NCBI GenBank assembly: GCA_964252035.1
Contig: OZ176201.1
DNA from: Podarcis erhardii
Taxonomy: Eukaryota
Direction: 5' to 3' (one strand)
DNA length: 64,000 nt
Shown here in pieces: positions 10,791 through 21,713 of this stretch; positions within the stretch are counted from its first letter, which is position 1; each line of letters opens with the position of its first letter. The position numbers and the translations under genes are program-made. The notes beneath the pieces are model-generated. The model did not search any database. It was not told where the DNA came from and worked only from the letters and a program-made list of their open reading frames with translations.

Positions 10791-13259
10791 CTGATTACCT
10801 TTGTAACTCAGTTCACAGACAGTGGTAAGCTTGGATTAGATATGCATTAGGAGAAGCAGATTTTAAAAACAAAAATTAAAAAGATCCCTTGATTTAAAGG
10901 CATAGTCTACAGTTTGGCAATATAACTTTCAATTCTATTTAGTTTGAAGGACTCTGAGCTGGAGGCTTAAAGGCAGTGTTTATTGGCAAAGCCTAGAGTT
11001 GCTGTGCCTTTCTGGCCCTAGAGACTTGCTCAAAACTCTTTCACAGAGCAGTCTGCCTTGCACTCCATACCCTCTGCTTTGCAAAGGTTCTGTTGGCCCA
11101 GTGGTACTGGATATTGCAAAAATGCCCTGCAGTCTGGCTATATGTGTCTGTGTGTATAACTTTTTTTTTTACTTATTGCACCAACAAGGACAGATTGTTT
11201 ATAATCTGTCAAAAAGCGCTCCAGTTCCAGTCTGAATACTGTTTGTCTTAAGTGATCATTCAGGTTTTTTCCACACTAAAATTACCTGCCATGTAATCTT
11301 TTAATATTTCTTTAGCTTTAAACAGCAGTGCTTGACTGATGTGCAATTCAAAACCTTCCCTGCATTTTCAACTATAATTGATGCAATAAAACAGACTGCC
11401 TCGCGTGACTCTTTTTTAATTTGGGTGCATTTGTTGTTTTAGTTCTGTAGAACCAATCTGAATCCAGAGAATTTTTTCCCCCCTTTCAGTCTTAGGGACT
11501 CTCATTTCTCTCTGGTTTTCCTTATCTGTCACCCTATCTCATTGTGGATAAACATGGCTAATGAGAAGGATGGGACCCAAAATCCTACCCTGACAGCACC
11601 TTATATTTTCAATGGGGTTGTGATATCAAGCCTCTGTAAAGGGTATCGGCCTAAGCTCACCTAATGTAGGAAGGGTAGGGGCACAGTAGTAATCTAATGA
11701 TTCCTAATTCAACTCCTATGGGATTCTTCATGGCCAAACATACCAATATTATTAACCCACAGCAGCTTCTGATAGTCATCAGACAGATTTGTGCAAGTGG
11801 CTCAGGAACAAAGATTTCCTAGAGAGCATGTTCTTTCATAAGTTAACCAATGTTTGCTGGTTTGCTCAGAGGGAAGTTGACTGGCCAACTGCAAAACAAA
11901 GTCAGTGTAATGGCTTTGTGCTTTGCTGCCGCTTCACTCTTGAGTGTTTATATAAGATACAAGTGTTCATATAATTCATAAATGTTGATAAGCAATTGCA
12001 TTATCCTGCCAACGTGGGTGCTGGTTTACAATTCTGTAGTATTGCGTTGCAACTCTTTGCTGGTGTCTTCACAATAACCCACAGAAATAGATTAGAGGTT
12101 AGGCTGGGTGATGTGAGATTTGGCCAAGGTTCCGTGGCCATTAGGTTTAATGGCCACTAATTATGGTTTACCTGGAATTAGCATTGCAGGTATATGGGCA
12201 CTGAAAGGCCTGTCAATTTGGTGTACCTTATAATAGCAGTAGGCCACACGGGGATAGCTTACCTCTGCCAGTCTAAAAGACAGACGGGGACTAGGAGGAT
12301 CACTGTGAATAGCACAGCCCCAAACTATTATTCTGCCAAAGAAAAGACCTACAATAAAGGCTAGTTGGTGTCTTTCAGGCTGTCCACACCCCAGATTTAA
12401 CACTCAAGGTGGGAAAATTCCCATGGTAGAAGCTTCCATATAGGCATGCTCTTAGAAGAGATTATTTAGCTGGGGGCTTTGCAGGACAACTATGTCCTAT
12501 GTGATATTTGTATGCTTTACGTCCTCCATCTAGTAATTTCACCGATGGCCCTGTTTTGTCATGGGAGGCCTCTGTAGCTCCCAGTACTGTACCTGCCGCC
12601 CCAGAACCATGGTTTCCAAGGAAATAATCCCAATTCCCAGTGGCTGGATTAAATTAATGCTTGCTCAACAAAGTAAATCCCTAGCTCTGATCATGCCAAT
12701 GAAGCTGTGGGAGCCCAGGCAAACAGTCTAGTTGGTTTCACTCTTTAAGGGCAGAAATGTGGTCAAAAGCAGTAGGAAACAAGGGTGTATCAAGCCTGGA
12801 AGGAAAGATTTACAGGAAAGGGGAACAAAGACCTCACAGGGAAATCTCTGAGTGCACAGAGACAGCGGGGACAAGCAAAACCAAAGCTTTGAGGCTTTCC
12901 ATTTGGAATCAGCACATGACTTCCAGAAGCTGTTGCAGTGGAAGGTAGTGCACCTCTGGGGCAATAACCTAGATGCATTTTTATTCTGCAGCGTATTTGT
13001 TCCACATCCTATATCCACTTCAACCTAAGTAAAATAATTGCATTTGCTTTAATAAGTCTTAAAATTCTGCCAGTTAAGGTGGTTGGAGCGACTAATCCAG
13101 GGTGGCCCAACTTTCCATATCAATTGGGCCACGGGAGGACTTGGACACGGAACCACTCACTGCCACATTGCACGGGGCAGGGTTGGGAAGCAAGCCCCAA
13201 ATTTGATGCCCCCCCCATCCTCTTGTTGCCTTCCCAAAGCAGGCTAAGCGAGATACTGA

Positions 13260-13405
13260 GCTTTGGGAAGGAGTTATAAGGCTCTGGTAGAGTCCTAGAG
13301 CCATCCCACCTCCTTCCCAAAGCTGGGGAAGCGCTAGCTAGGCTTTGGGAGGTTGGTGGGATGACTCTAGGATCCTTTCAGAGCCCCCCACCTCCTTCCC
13401 AAAGC
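13260..13405. repeat. Two 64-bp hairpin units in inverted orientation
   Basis: 13260-13323 and 13342-13405 are each bounded by gctttggga(a)gg / ccttcccaaagc. Unit 2 approximates the reverse complement of unit 1. Confidence 0.75.
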
Positions 13406-13610
13406 CTTGCCTACCCATTTTTGGAAAGACAGCGTGAGGGCTGGGGGAGGGGCGTCAGATGTTGTCAAATGCTGTTGAGGGCCGCACACTGGAATTGGTT
13501 TACCTGCTCTATCCCTGCCTGCACACCCTGCAGGGTCTGGGTTTGGGGCAAACAATAAAGTCAAAAGTCTGGTGCCAGAAGAGGAGAACTCAAGCTTGCC
13601 TGTGCCAGTA

Positions 13611-13851
13611 CAGTGGTACCTCTAGTTACAAACTTAATTCATTCCAGAGGTCCGTTCTTAACCTGAAACTGTTCTTAACTAGAGGTGTGCTTTCGCTAAT
13701 GGGGCCTCTTGCTGCTACTGCACTGCTGGCACATGATTTCTGTTTTCATCCTGGGGTAAAGTTCTCAACTCGAGGTAACTCTTCCAGATTAGCGGAGTTT
13801 GTAACCTGAAGCATTTGTAACCTGAAGCATTTGTAACACGAGATACCACTG
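13611..13851. mobile_element. Tigger-like MITE (same family as 2791-3032)
   Basis: cagtggtacctctagtta ... taacacgagataccactg, TA on both sides. Confidence 0.9.
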
Positions 13852-15529
13852 TATTAGGAACAGCGGGGCTCTGCTGGAGCTGTGGGGTGTTGAAGGGTTT
13901 TTTTCTTCTTTACATAGAGGAATTTTGAGAGAGAGTTGTTAACAGTTCCTTTTGTCATTCCCTCCCCCCTTCCTTCAGCCCCTGGTAGTCTCTCAGCCCC
14001 AGCAATGCACATTTTGTCCCTGGTATACAATCCTAGCTTTATGCTTTGGTTTATCGCCATTTGCCAGAAAGCTGTAAAAATTTCCCCTTATTCCATTGGG
14101 GAAAGTTTTTGTATATCCCCCGAGTGCTGAGAATCCAAATACAAATGTATTCCTCTCGAAGTGCAGTCGTCAGAGAAAACCAAAGACCGTTTGTCAGGCC
14201 AACTTCAGAGGAGCTGCATGCATTCTGACAAACTGCAGAGGCTTATGTTTTATTCACCAGGCCTGAAAAATACCTTCCCGAATAAGGGGGCCCATAAATA
14301 AACCAGCATGATGAATATTACACAGAATAAGAAGTGATACAGTGGGAGCCCTTCTTCAGCACTGCACAATGGTCCTAGAGAAGGATGTGGCTTTTCTTGC
14401 ATCTAATTCTGCTTGATAAGGGAATAGGGGGAAATTTCCTAGAGAAATTCTTTTCTTCTAGGGAAATGGATGAGGCTGGGTATCACCATCTGTTGTGCTT
14501 TTGTTTGCCTATCATGTGCAAAAGATGATGTCATGTAATTTAAGATAAAAGTGACACACCCTAGTGTGGATTACTCACGTTGTGTACCTTCCATTGATTC
14601 CCCGTTTCCAGAGATGTAGAAGTAAGGGTGATGACATTGCTCACCATTTTTGCTATAAATTTGTGATTATATTTGAGGTGTCTCATGCATGCACATGGAG
14701 CTAGAAGAGAGCAGGAACTCCAAAGTGTAGGTAAGGGGACCAGTCTGGCAAATTGGGTGCTGAAAGCAGAATCCCAAAGGCTGAAATTGCCTGAATCGCT
14801 GTGCCTGCTTTGAAATAAAAATGATGCTACCTTGCGGTGGGGCAGCTGGCCATAGCAGAAGCTCCTACTTGTTTTCTTAAGTAAGAAACCATGTCACCAG
14901 AATGGTGTGAACCTTGTTTCTGACTCCATCACTCCCTTTTTTGAAGCATCCCACCTGACCCATGTCTGTACTCTGCTCCAAAGTATAGCTTGGAGTTCAT
15001 TGGTCTCTAATGCCTCTGTTAGTTAATAATTGAGGGGCTGTCTCTGCCTTGCAGTATATTTTCCAGTTGCCCTGCAGTAAATAATATGTCTAACTTTTTT
15101 AAAAAAATAATATTTATTGCTTTTAAATCTTACAAAAAAAAGAAGAAAAGAAGAAGAAAAGAAAAAAGAGGGGGGGAAAGGCAAAAGAAATAAAATACAA
15201 TACAATACAATATACAATGCACAACACAACATTAACACATTAAACTAAACATAAAAAAATTAAAAAACATACATCATACCGTTTCAATGCCCTATCTTTC
15301 ATTCCCTCGTTTCATCGACCTCCTCTCACCTCCCTTTTTGTATTCCACTTCTATTAATTATTTCAGCAATTCCTTTCCCTCTTTCTCTATTTTCTGTCAT
15401 ATAATTAACTTAACTTATTTTAACCTTATCTTCCATTAATACCATAATACTTATTTATACTTAACTCCTTATAACATTTCTACTAAAGCCATATAATTTC
15501 ATTCCAACATTTTTCTAACACTCATTAAT

Positions 15530-15648
15530 TTTACAATATTTCTATAAATAAACTTTAAACTTTTTCCAATCTTCTTCCACCGTCTCTTCTCCCTGTTCTC
15601 GGATTCTGCCAGTCCTTTCCGTCTATTCCATATGGTCCATCAACCTGG
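15530..15648 (-). pseudogene. Decayed C-terminal remnant of L1 ORF2
   Basis: Translates LMDHME*TERTGRIREQGEETVEEDWKKFKVYL*KYCK, homologous to ...MTGRIRDQRRETVEEDWKKFKIYLKNCCK at the end of the ORF in 26396-27487. Confidence 0.85.
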
Positions 15649-16356
15649 TGATCTTCTGTCCGAGGCTCTTAACTCTTTTCCAAGTCCCTTCTGCAGATCT
15701 TCTTCATATTTATATATGCACTTTACTTTGTCTTCTGTTGATCTTGTTCTTAATTTCCTTCCTTTGATGCTGAGGAGTAGATCTCGGGGAGGCTCCAACC
15801 TAGCAATATTTTTATTCTTTCTCGACAGGTGAGCCAAATCTCCATAGTTAGCACTAAAGTCCAAAAGATGTTTCAGGACGTGTTTCAAAATCCCTCCAAA
15901 ACTGAAAGTCCCCACAACTCCAATCTCCTTCTGGCCCAAGTCCAAATCCCAAAGGTCAGTACATCCCTGCATGAGGGAATCTATCCAACTTTCCTTCTCA
16001 AATCCAAGCAGGGTTCCAATCCTCAAAATTTGACTTTCTCTAAATTCAGTCATAGAAGGCAACAACTTATAGTCATCAAATTGCCTCTGTAAGACTGGGA
16101 ATCTCTCCACTTGTATTACTTTAGGTTCAACAACAACTTTTTCCCTTGCCTTCTCAACAATTTGCCATGTCAAAGTAGATTCCTGAAACAATTCCTGAAT
16201 AGTTTCTGTATAGATGTTCACTTTTTGTCCCAAATCAGTCACTTTTTGTCCCAAATTGTCAATTTTGATAGTCATTACATCCGTCTTCTTATGAAGCTGT
16301 TCCAATGAGGCACTTATCTTGCATAATGCAATCACCAAGGCTTCTTCTGTCAACAT
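15640..16356 (-). CDS. L1 ORF1p-like protein, 238 aa (coiled coil plus RRM-like region, short C-terminus)
   Basis: First ATG at 16356 (the ORF track starts at an upstream TTG). Heptad-rich N-terminus (ISASLEQLHKKTDVMTIKIDNLGQKVTDLGQKVNIY). DLAHLSRK...PPRDLLL resembles the ORF1 RRM D-AHR...PR-IIV motif. Family assignment is by motif recall. Confidence 0.7.
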   Translation of the reverse strand: MLTEEALVIALCKISASLEQLHKKTDVMTIKIDNLGQKVTDLGQKVNIYTETIQELFQESTLTWQIVEKAREKVVVEPKVIQVERFPVLQRQFDDYKLLPSMTEFRESQILRIGTLLGFEKESWIDSLMQGCTDLWDLDLGQKEIGVVGTFSFGGILKHVLKHLLDFSANYGDLAHLSRKNKNIARLEPPRDLLLSIKGRKLRTRSTEDKVKCIYKYEEDLQKGLGKELRASDRRSPG

Positions 16357-18262
16357 TCTTACCAATCCAAGGTCAATCCCTGGTTCTCACAGTTTTTTTT
16401 TATCTCTGCAGCTGGTAGTCCCCCCAGCTCCACTCCTGTAACAGTTTCAAAGGCTCCCTCTAGAGGGAAACAATTTCTATTTTTATCAGTCCTTTTAAAC
16501 ACAGTTCAAGCAATAAAATTAGTTTCAGTTTTCGGTTACTTTTACTCCTTTTTAAACGCAGAAGGAAACAATGGAAACAATATATTTCTCTTATTTAGCT
16601 ATCTGTCCACATACGTTTTATTCACAGTCAATGAACTTTCCCAAAACATCAGTCTTACTAGCAGCCCTTTTCCAGGTTCGAAGCGGTGGTAATTTATCTT
16701 TCTTCACTCTCTCTCCTGCAGGCTTACACGATCCAAAATTTCCCCCCTCTTCTCCTGCTTCCAAGGGGGGGTTTAATGATTTTAACCGATGGAGGTTTAA
16801 TCCTTTACCGAAGACTTTCCATGACTTTAGCTTGCAGCCTCTTTGCTTCAGTCTATTTACAAAAGGGGAAGGCGGACTTCCTGTTTTAAACCTCCCCGTT
16901 TCGGTGCCAAATTAAGACATTTAAAAATCCAATTTTCCGTTCTACTCACGGGTAGTTGTTTTAAGATCAAATTGTCCACAGGAAAAAGTCAGCACTCTCC
17001 GACAATAGCTATGCGGCTTCACTCCGTGAAAGAAGCAGTCAATTCGAAGCACCGTGCCACTCACCCCACGTCGCTCCGGATCCCTGAAACCGGGTTTCCC
17101 CGCGAGTAGGGGAGGCACAAAAGGTGCCAGCCGAATCCCACGTTCACAGGCTTCTCCCGCCTGTGATTTTTGGTGGGTCCCCGCCTTCGCCATGGCAGCC
17201 AGACCCTAATTTCCACGAAGCAAATTCCTCCCGATCAGAGGAATTCAGCCATTGCTGGAGGCGCCAACCCAGAAGTCTAATATGTCTAACTTTTGCCCAT
17301 TGTTTGTTCTTGAGCTCACATCTGCATTCACTGCTGTGGAATGGACACAGTTTTCTGAGCAAGCAAATGTTTGGGCAGATGTGTAACAGGGAGAACTGTA
17401 GAAGCATAGTCTGATAATGAAAAGAAATGTTCCGCCTTTTATCGTAAGCTACTAAACAAGCATTCACAGCTTGACTCGGCGGCCTGGGAAGATATAGCCT
17501 CCAATCTCATTTGCTACTGCCACTATTTCTTACAGAATGTGTAGCAGAAACCAGGCTGGCAAATTCTGGCATCTTTATGATTCAGTCTCTGCACAAAATG
17601 ATTCAGCCTACCTCCTTGCAGGTCCTTGCCTGGAATATCCAAGGCAGGAAATACTTTGGTTGAAAAGTATATGGTTTGCTATATTCGTAGCTATGGCTGC
17701 TTCAGATGCTGGACACACACGCACGAAAGGAAGCAAACAGCCTAACCCTTTGTATTCTTTGTTCAGTTGTATTAAATCACACTCTTGTTTTGACAAATCA
17801 TTAATTAGAAATCCCCCTTTCTACATTTTCGCCAAATGCAAAACAAAGTTCTTGAAAACATTCAAAATGACCTGCAAACATTCCCATTTCACCCCCTCCC
17901 AACATTACATTTTTAATAGCTTGAGATGAAATGAACTTTCCCACCACCTAAGTATTAAAGCTCAGAACTTAACAGCAGCAACAGTTGCAGGTCCAGGTCC
18001 ATTTTATTTTTTATTGCACCCTTTGCAATAAATAAATGTGGCTGGACTCATAATGGACTCTGGAAAGTGAGTTTTCATGCATGGGCTTATAAAAACTCTC
18101 TTGAATGGACTCCCTAGATTTGGAGCAGTGAGACTCTCACTTGCCTGGTTTTCAAACATGGTAAGACTGCAACAAGGCAAATGTGCTGGCTCCAGCAAGG
18201 AACTCACATCTGCTTTGCTCCCCCCCCCCCAGACTTTTTAGGTCACCATAGGACGGCAGCTA

Positions 18263-19031
18263 TGCAGATGACACAAGTTTCATGGCAGAAAGTGAGGAGG
18301 AATTAAAGAACCTCTTAATGAGAGTGAAAGAGGAGAGCGCAAAATATGGTCTGCAGCTCAACATCATAAAAATTAAGATCATGGCCACTAGTCCCATCAT
18401 CTCCTGGCAAATAGGAAGGAAAGAAATGGAGGCAGTGAGAGATTTTACTTTCTTGGGCTCCATGATCACTGCAGATGGTGACAGCAGTCATGAAATTAAA
18501 AGACGCCTGCTTTTTAGGATGACGAACCAAGACAGCATCTTTAAAAACAGAGACATCACCTTGCCAACAAAGGTCCATATAGTTAAAGCTATGGTTTTCC
18601 CAGTAGTGATGTATGGAAGTGAGAGCTGGACCATAAAGAAAGCTGATTGCCAAAGAATTGATGCTTTTGAATTATGGTGCTGGAGGAGACTCTTGAGAGT
18701 CCCATGGACTGCAAGAAGATCAAACCTATCCATTCTGAAGGAAATCAGCCCTAAGTGCTCACTGGAAGGACAGATCCTGAAGCTGAGGCTCCAATCCTTT
18801 GGCCACCTCACGAGAAAAGAAGACTCCCTAGAAAAGACCCCAATGTTGGGAAAGATGGAGGGCACAAGGAGAAGGGGACGACAGAGGATGAGATGGTTGG
18901 ACAGTATTCTCGAAGCTACTAACATGAGTTTGACCAAACTGTGGGAGGCAGTGGAAGACAGGAGTGCCTAGCGTGCTCTGGTCCATGGGGTCATGAAGAG
19001 TCAGACACGACTAAACGACTAAACAACAACA
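18263..19031 (+). mobile_element. 5'-truncated Bov-B (RTE) LINE
   Basis: Begins at the (Y)ADDT RT motif. Open frame to 18971 (MAESEEELKNLLMRVKEESAK...RGRQRMRWLD). Typical ...gacacgactaaacgactaaacaacaac tail. TSD aggac(g/a)gcagcta at 18250-18262 and 19032-19044. Confidence 0.95.
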
Positions 19032-20082
19032 AGGACAGCAGCTAAATCAAGCTGGTCCTAAAAGGAAAGACCATAACCATGATCCCTGGTTTGGACAGCA
19101 TTGTAAGCCAAACCTTGGCGTAACTGGCACACTGCACTGACCTGAAAAGCCCAGGGAGGAGCAAAGCAGCTATGGCTTCCTCCTCAGGAGCCACCACATT
19201 GGTGTGTTCATAGTAAAGCCATGGTTTGGCTTAGCATCATGTGCCAACACGGCCATTGTGTTGGGCCACCAGTGTGTAATACTTAGAGGTGTGGTGATCC
19301 TATATGTTAGACTAAATGTTCTCGATAAATGTATGCAAGTGCTAGACTTCATGGACTTCCTTCTCGGGCTCAAAAAGGAAAGTGCTGAGCACAAGCTCTC
19401 ACCTAACGGCATCACATGAGTCTGCTGCCAACTGTGCTCTCTTCATTGCAAGATCTCCACTCATTCCAGCCCTAGCCCATTAACAGCAGCTTCCCGGGTT
19501 GTGGAAGCCTGAGTAGGACTGTACCACCCACTCACCCACATTATTAAAACTCATCTCATGCTTCCTGAAATCCCCAAGTGTTTTATTAGAGGTTGGACTA
19601 AGTGGGACTTGTGAATTGTTTGGCTTGCTCAGATATAATGTTCTTACTTATTTTATACCTAATTAGATAACAAAGGACACAGCTATAACAATAATAATAT
19701 CTAGAATTTATATTCAGTGGTTTTGTTGTTGTGGTTCAAAGCATTTCACAGTAAGCCTTAAAATAATCCTGCAAATTAGGCCAATATTATTATTATCCCC
19801 ATATTGCAATGTATGCATGTGGGGCAGGGGAAGGAGCTGAGGCAGCTTTCCAGCAGCCACCTGGTATGAGTTAACAGCTTGGATAAGATTCGAACCAGTT
19901 CCTTCATGTATCACACTTTCAGCCACTGCTCCCCACTGTTTGTGCTGGTCTTTGCAGTTTAGCTTGGGGCAGGGGAATTGGCCTGTGTTCAGACACCAGC
20001 TTCCACCATTTACTGTGGGAGGTTGTGAGGGAAGAACAGGGAAGAGAAATAACCAAGCAGCATGGCCTGTTGGTTGCTACCA

Positions 20083-20083
<1 letters not shown>

Positions 20084-20118
<35 letters not shown>

Positions 20119-20130
20119 TTGTTGTTGTTG
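20084..20130. repeat. (TGC)n(TGT)n trinucleotide microsatellite
   Basis: Direct observation. Confidence 0.9.
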
Positions 20131-20682
20131 TAACAGTGGCATCCGTCTTGATCCTTCTAGATTGGGCTTAGCAAGGCACAGGTGAGCACAGTGGCTGTGT
20201 GAATTGTGCAGAGCAACCACTCCAACAAAACAGCGTGATGATCAAAAAGGTTATGATCAGAGTTTTGTTTTCCCCCGGCTGGAACTCAGCTCCAGCACCT
20301 CTCAGGGGGGTACCTGTCCCATTGCAACAAGGGAAGCGTTCATGGTGAGTTCTGGCACCTCTTTTTCTAGAAAAATAGCACTGGTTGTGATCTTGGTAAT
20401 TTGGAACTGTCCTTGGAATTTGAAAGAAGGCCTCAAGTAGGACAGGAGAGTCATGATAGGTCAGAACTGAAGTAGAGATGTGCAGGTTTGGGAGGTTATC
20501 AACACATGGGGAATATTCTGTATGTATATTTGGCCTTCGTGTGGATTTCAAACAGCCTTTGCCTGTGGCTGCATCTATAAAACCAAAATCTTAAGGGCCG
20601 GATTCAACTAACCCAGTTTGCTAATGTAAATCTGTGCTGTAGCACCTTCTAGCACAACAGAGCTCCCCTTCTCTCCTCCAGT

Positions 20683-20938
20683 GAGCCAGTGTGGTGTAGT
20701 GGTCAAGAGCGGTAGTCTCGTAATCTGGGGAACCGGGTTCGCGTCTCCGCTCCTCCACATGCAGCTGCTGGGTGACATTGGGCCAGTCACACTTCTTTGA
20801 AGTCTCTCAGCCCCACTCACCTCACAGAGTGTTTGTTGTGGGGGAGGAAGGGAAAGGAGAATGCTAGCCGCTTTGAGACTCCTGAAGGGGAGTGAAAGGC
20901 GGGATATCAAATCCAAACTCTTCTTCTTCTTCTTCTTC
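20683..20938 (+). mobile_element. Squam3-type (MIR/Ther1-derived) tRNA SINE, full length, young
   Basis: gagccagtgtggtgtagtgg A-box, ggttcgcgtc B-box variant, core ctcagccccactcacctcacag, (CTT)n tail, many intact CpGs. Name from recalled literature. Confidence 0.85.
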
Positions 20939-21635
20939 CTCCAACTCTCGCCCCTATCCCTGTGCCCACCTGAGCCTCCCTCAGATCTCGCTCTCAGTGG
21001 TTGGGAGAACCCCCAGATGGGATTCTGTGCATGATGGGAGGAGAGAGGAAATGGCTCCAGCACACTTGTGCTGATGGAATGAACTTCTTTGAACTTTACC
21101 TAAATATTTCCTTGAAACAGGGTGAGGGAGAAAAAACTAACCCCTTGCAAAAGTGAAGTTAGACCTCCAGGCACAAACAACACAACAGGCCGCTTCCTCC
21201 AGTGCAAGTTTCTCAAAGGCTGAGGGAAGGAAAATGTTGGGCCAGGTTTGCACTCCATCTGCCCAGGGCTCAGTATCTTCTGGATGAGCTCTCCACAAAG
21301 CTTACCCAGTGGGGTGGATGGGTGAGTGAGAGGAAAAAAACATTTCCCCCGTTTCAGTTCCACCATAAAGAAGTGAAAGTAGAGCAAGCTCATCTCAGTC
21401 CAGCCCAGTCCTCCTTGCAGCAGAGGAGACTAGGAGCCATGAAATATGAACACTTAGCATTTTATGACACCTTTTTAATTGCCGCATGACAGCCATAATC
21501 CACTGCTAAAAAATGCCAAACAGAAGTACAGGGAGTTGGCCATTTGTTATTCATTATGCCACGTTCCCCTCTTCAGAGGCTTGGACCTTCTGTAGCATGT
21601 GGAGGTGGAAGGAAATATCTCTGTTAGTGGCAGCA

Positions 21636-21677
21636 TGTGTGTGTGTGTGCGCGCGCGCATCAATGCACATATACATG

Positions 21678-21710
<33 letters not shown>
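21636..21710. repeat. Compound (TG)n(CG)n...(CA)n microsatellite
   Basis: Direct observation. Confidence 0.9.

Positions 21711-21713
<3 letters not shown>

Larger units (their letters stand above)
15095..17277 (-). mobile_element. Full-length non-autonomous ORF1-only L1 derivative (half-L1/HAL1-like)
   Basis: TSD taatatgtctaac(tttt) at 15082-15098 and 17278-17294. 5' end reads gacttctgggttggcgcc with a CpG-rich 5' UTR. One long ORF, a short ORF2 C-terminal remnant, a 3' UTR, AATAAA (15113-15118 on minus) and a T-run/A-run tail. Confidence 0.85.

Noticed and set aside
13098-13530. Whole region as one hAT MITE
   Set aside because: Only a 7-bp terminal match (cagggtg / caccctg) and no TSD. Only the internal hairpin array is reported.
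16571-16915. Antisense 114-aa ORF in the 5' UTR of the ORF1-only element (ORF0-like)
   Set aside because: Pyrimidine-rich composition lowers stop frequency and there is no motif support. It cannot be distinguished from chance without other copies.
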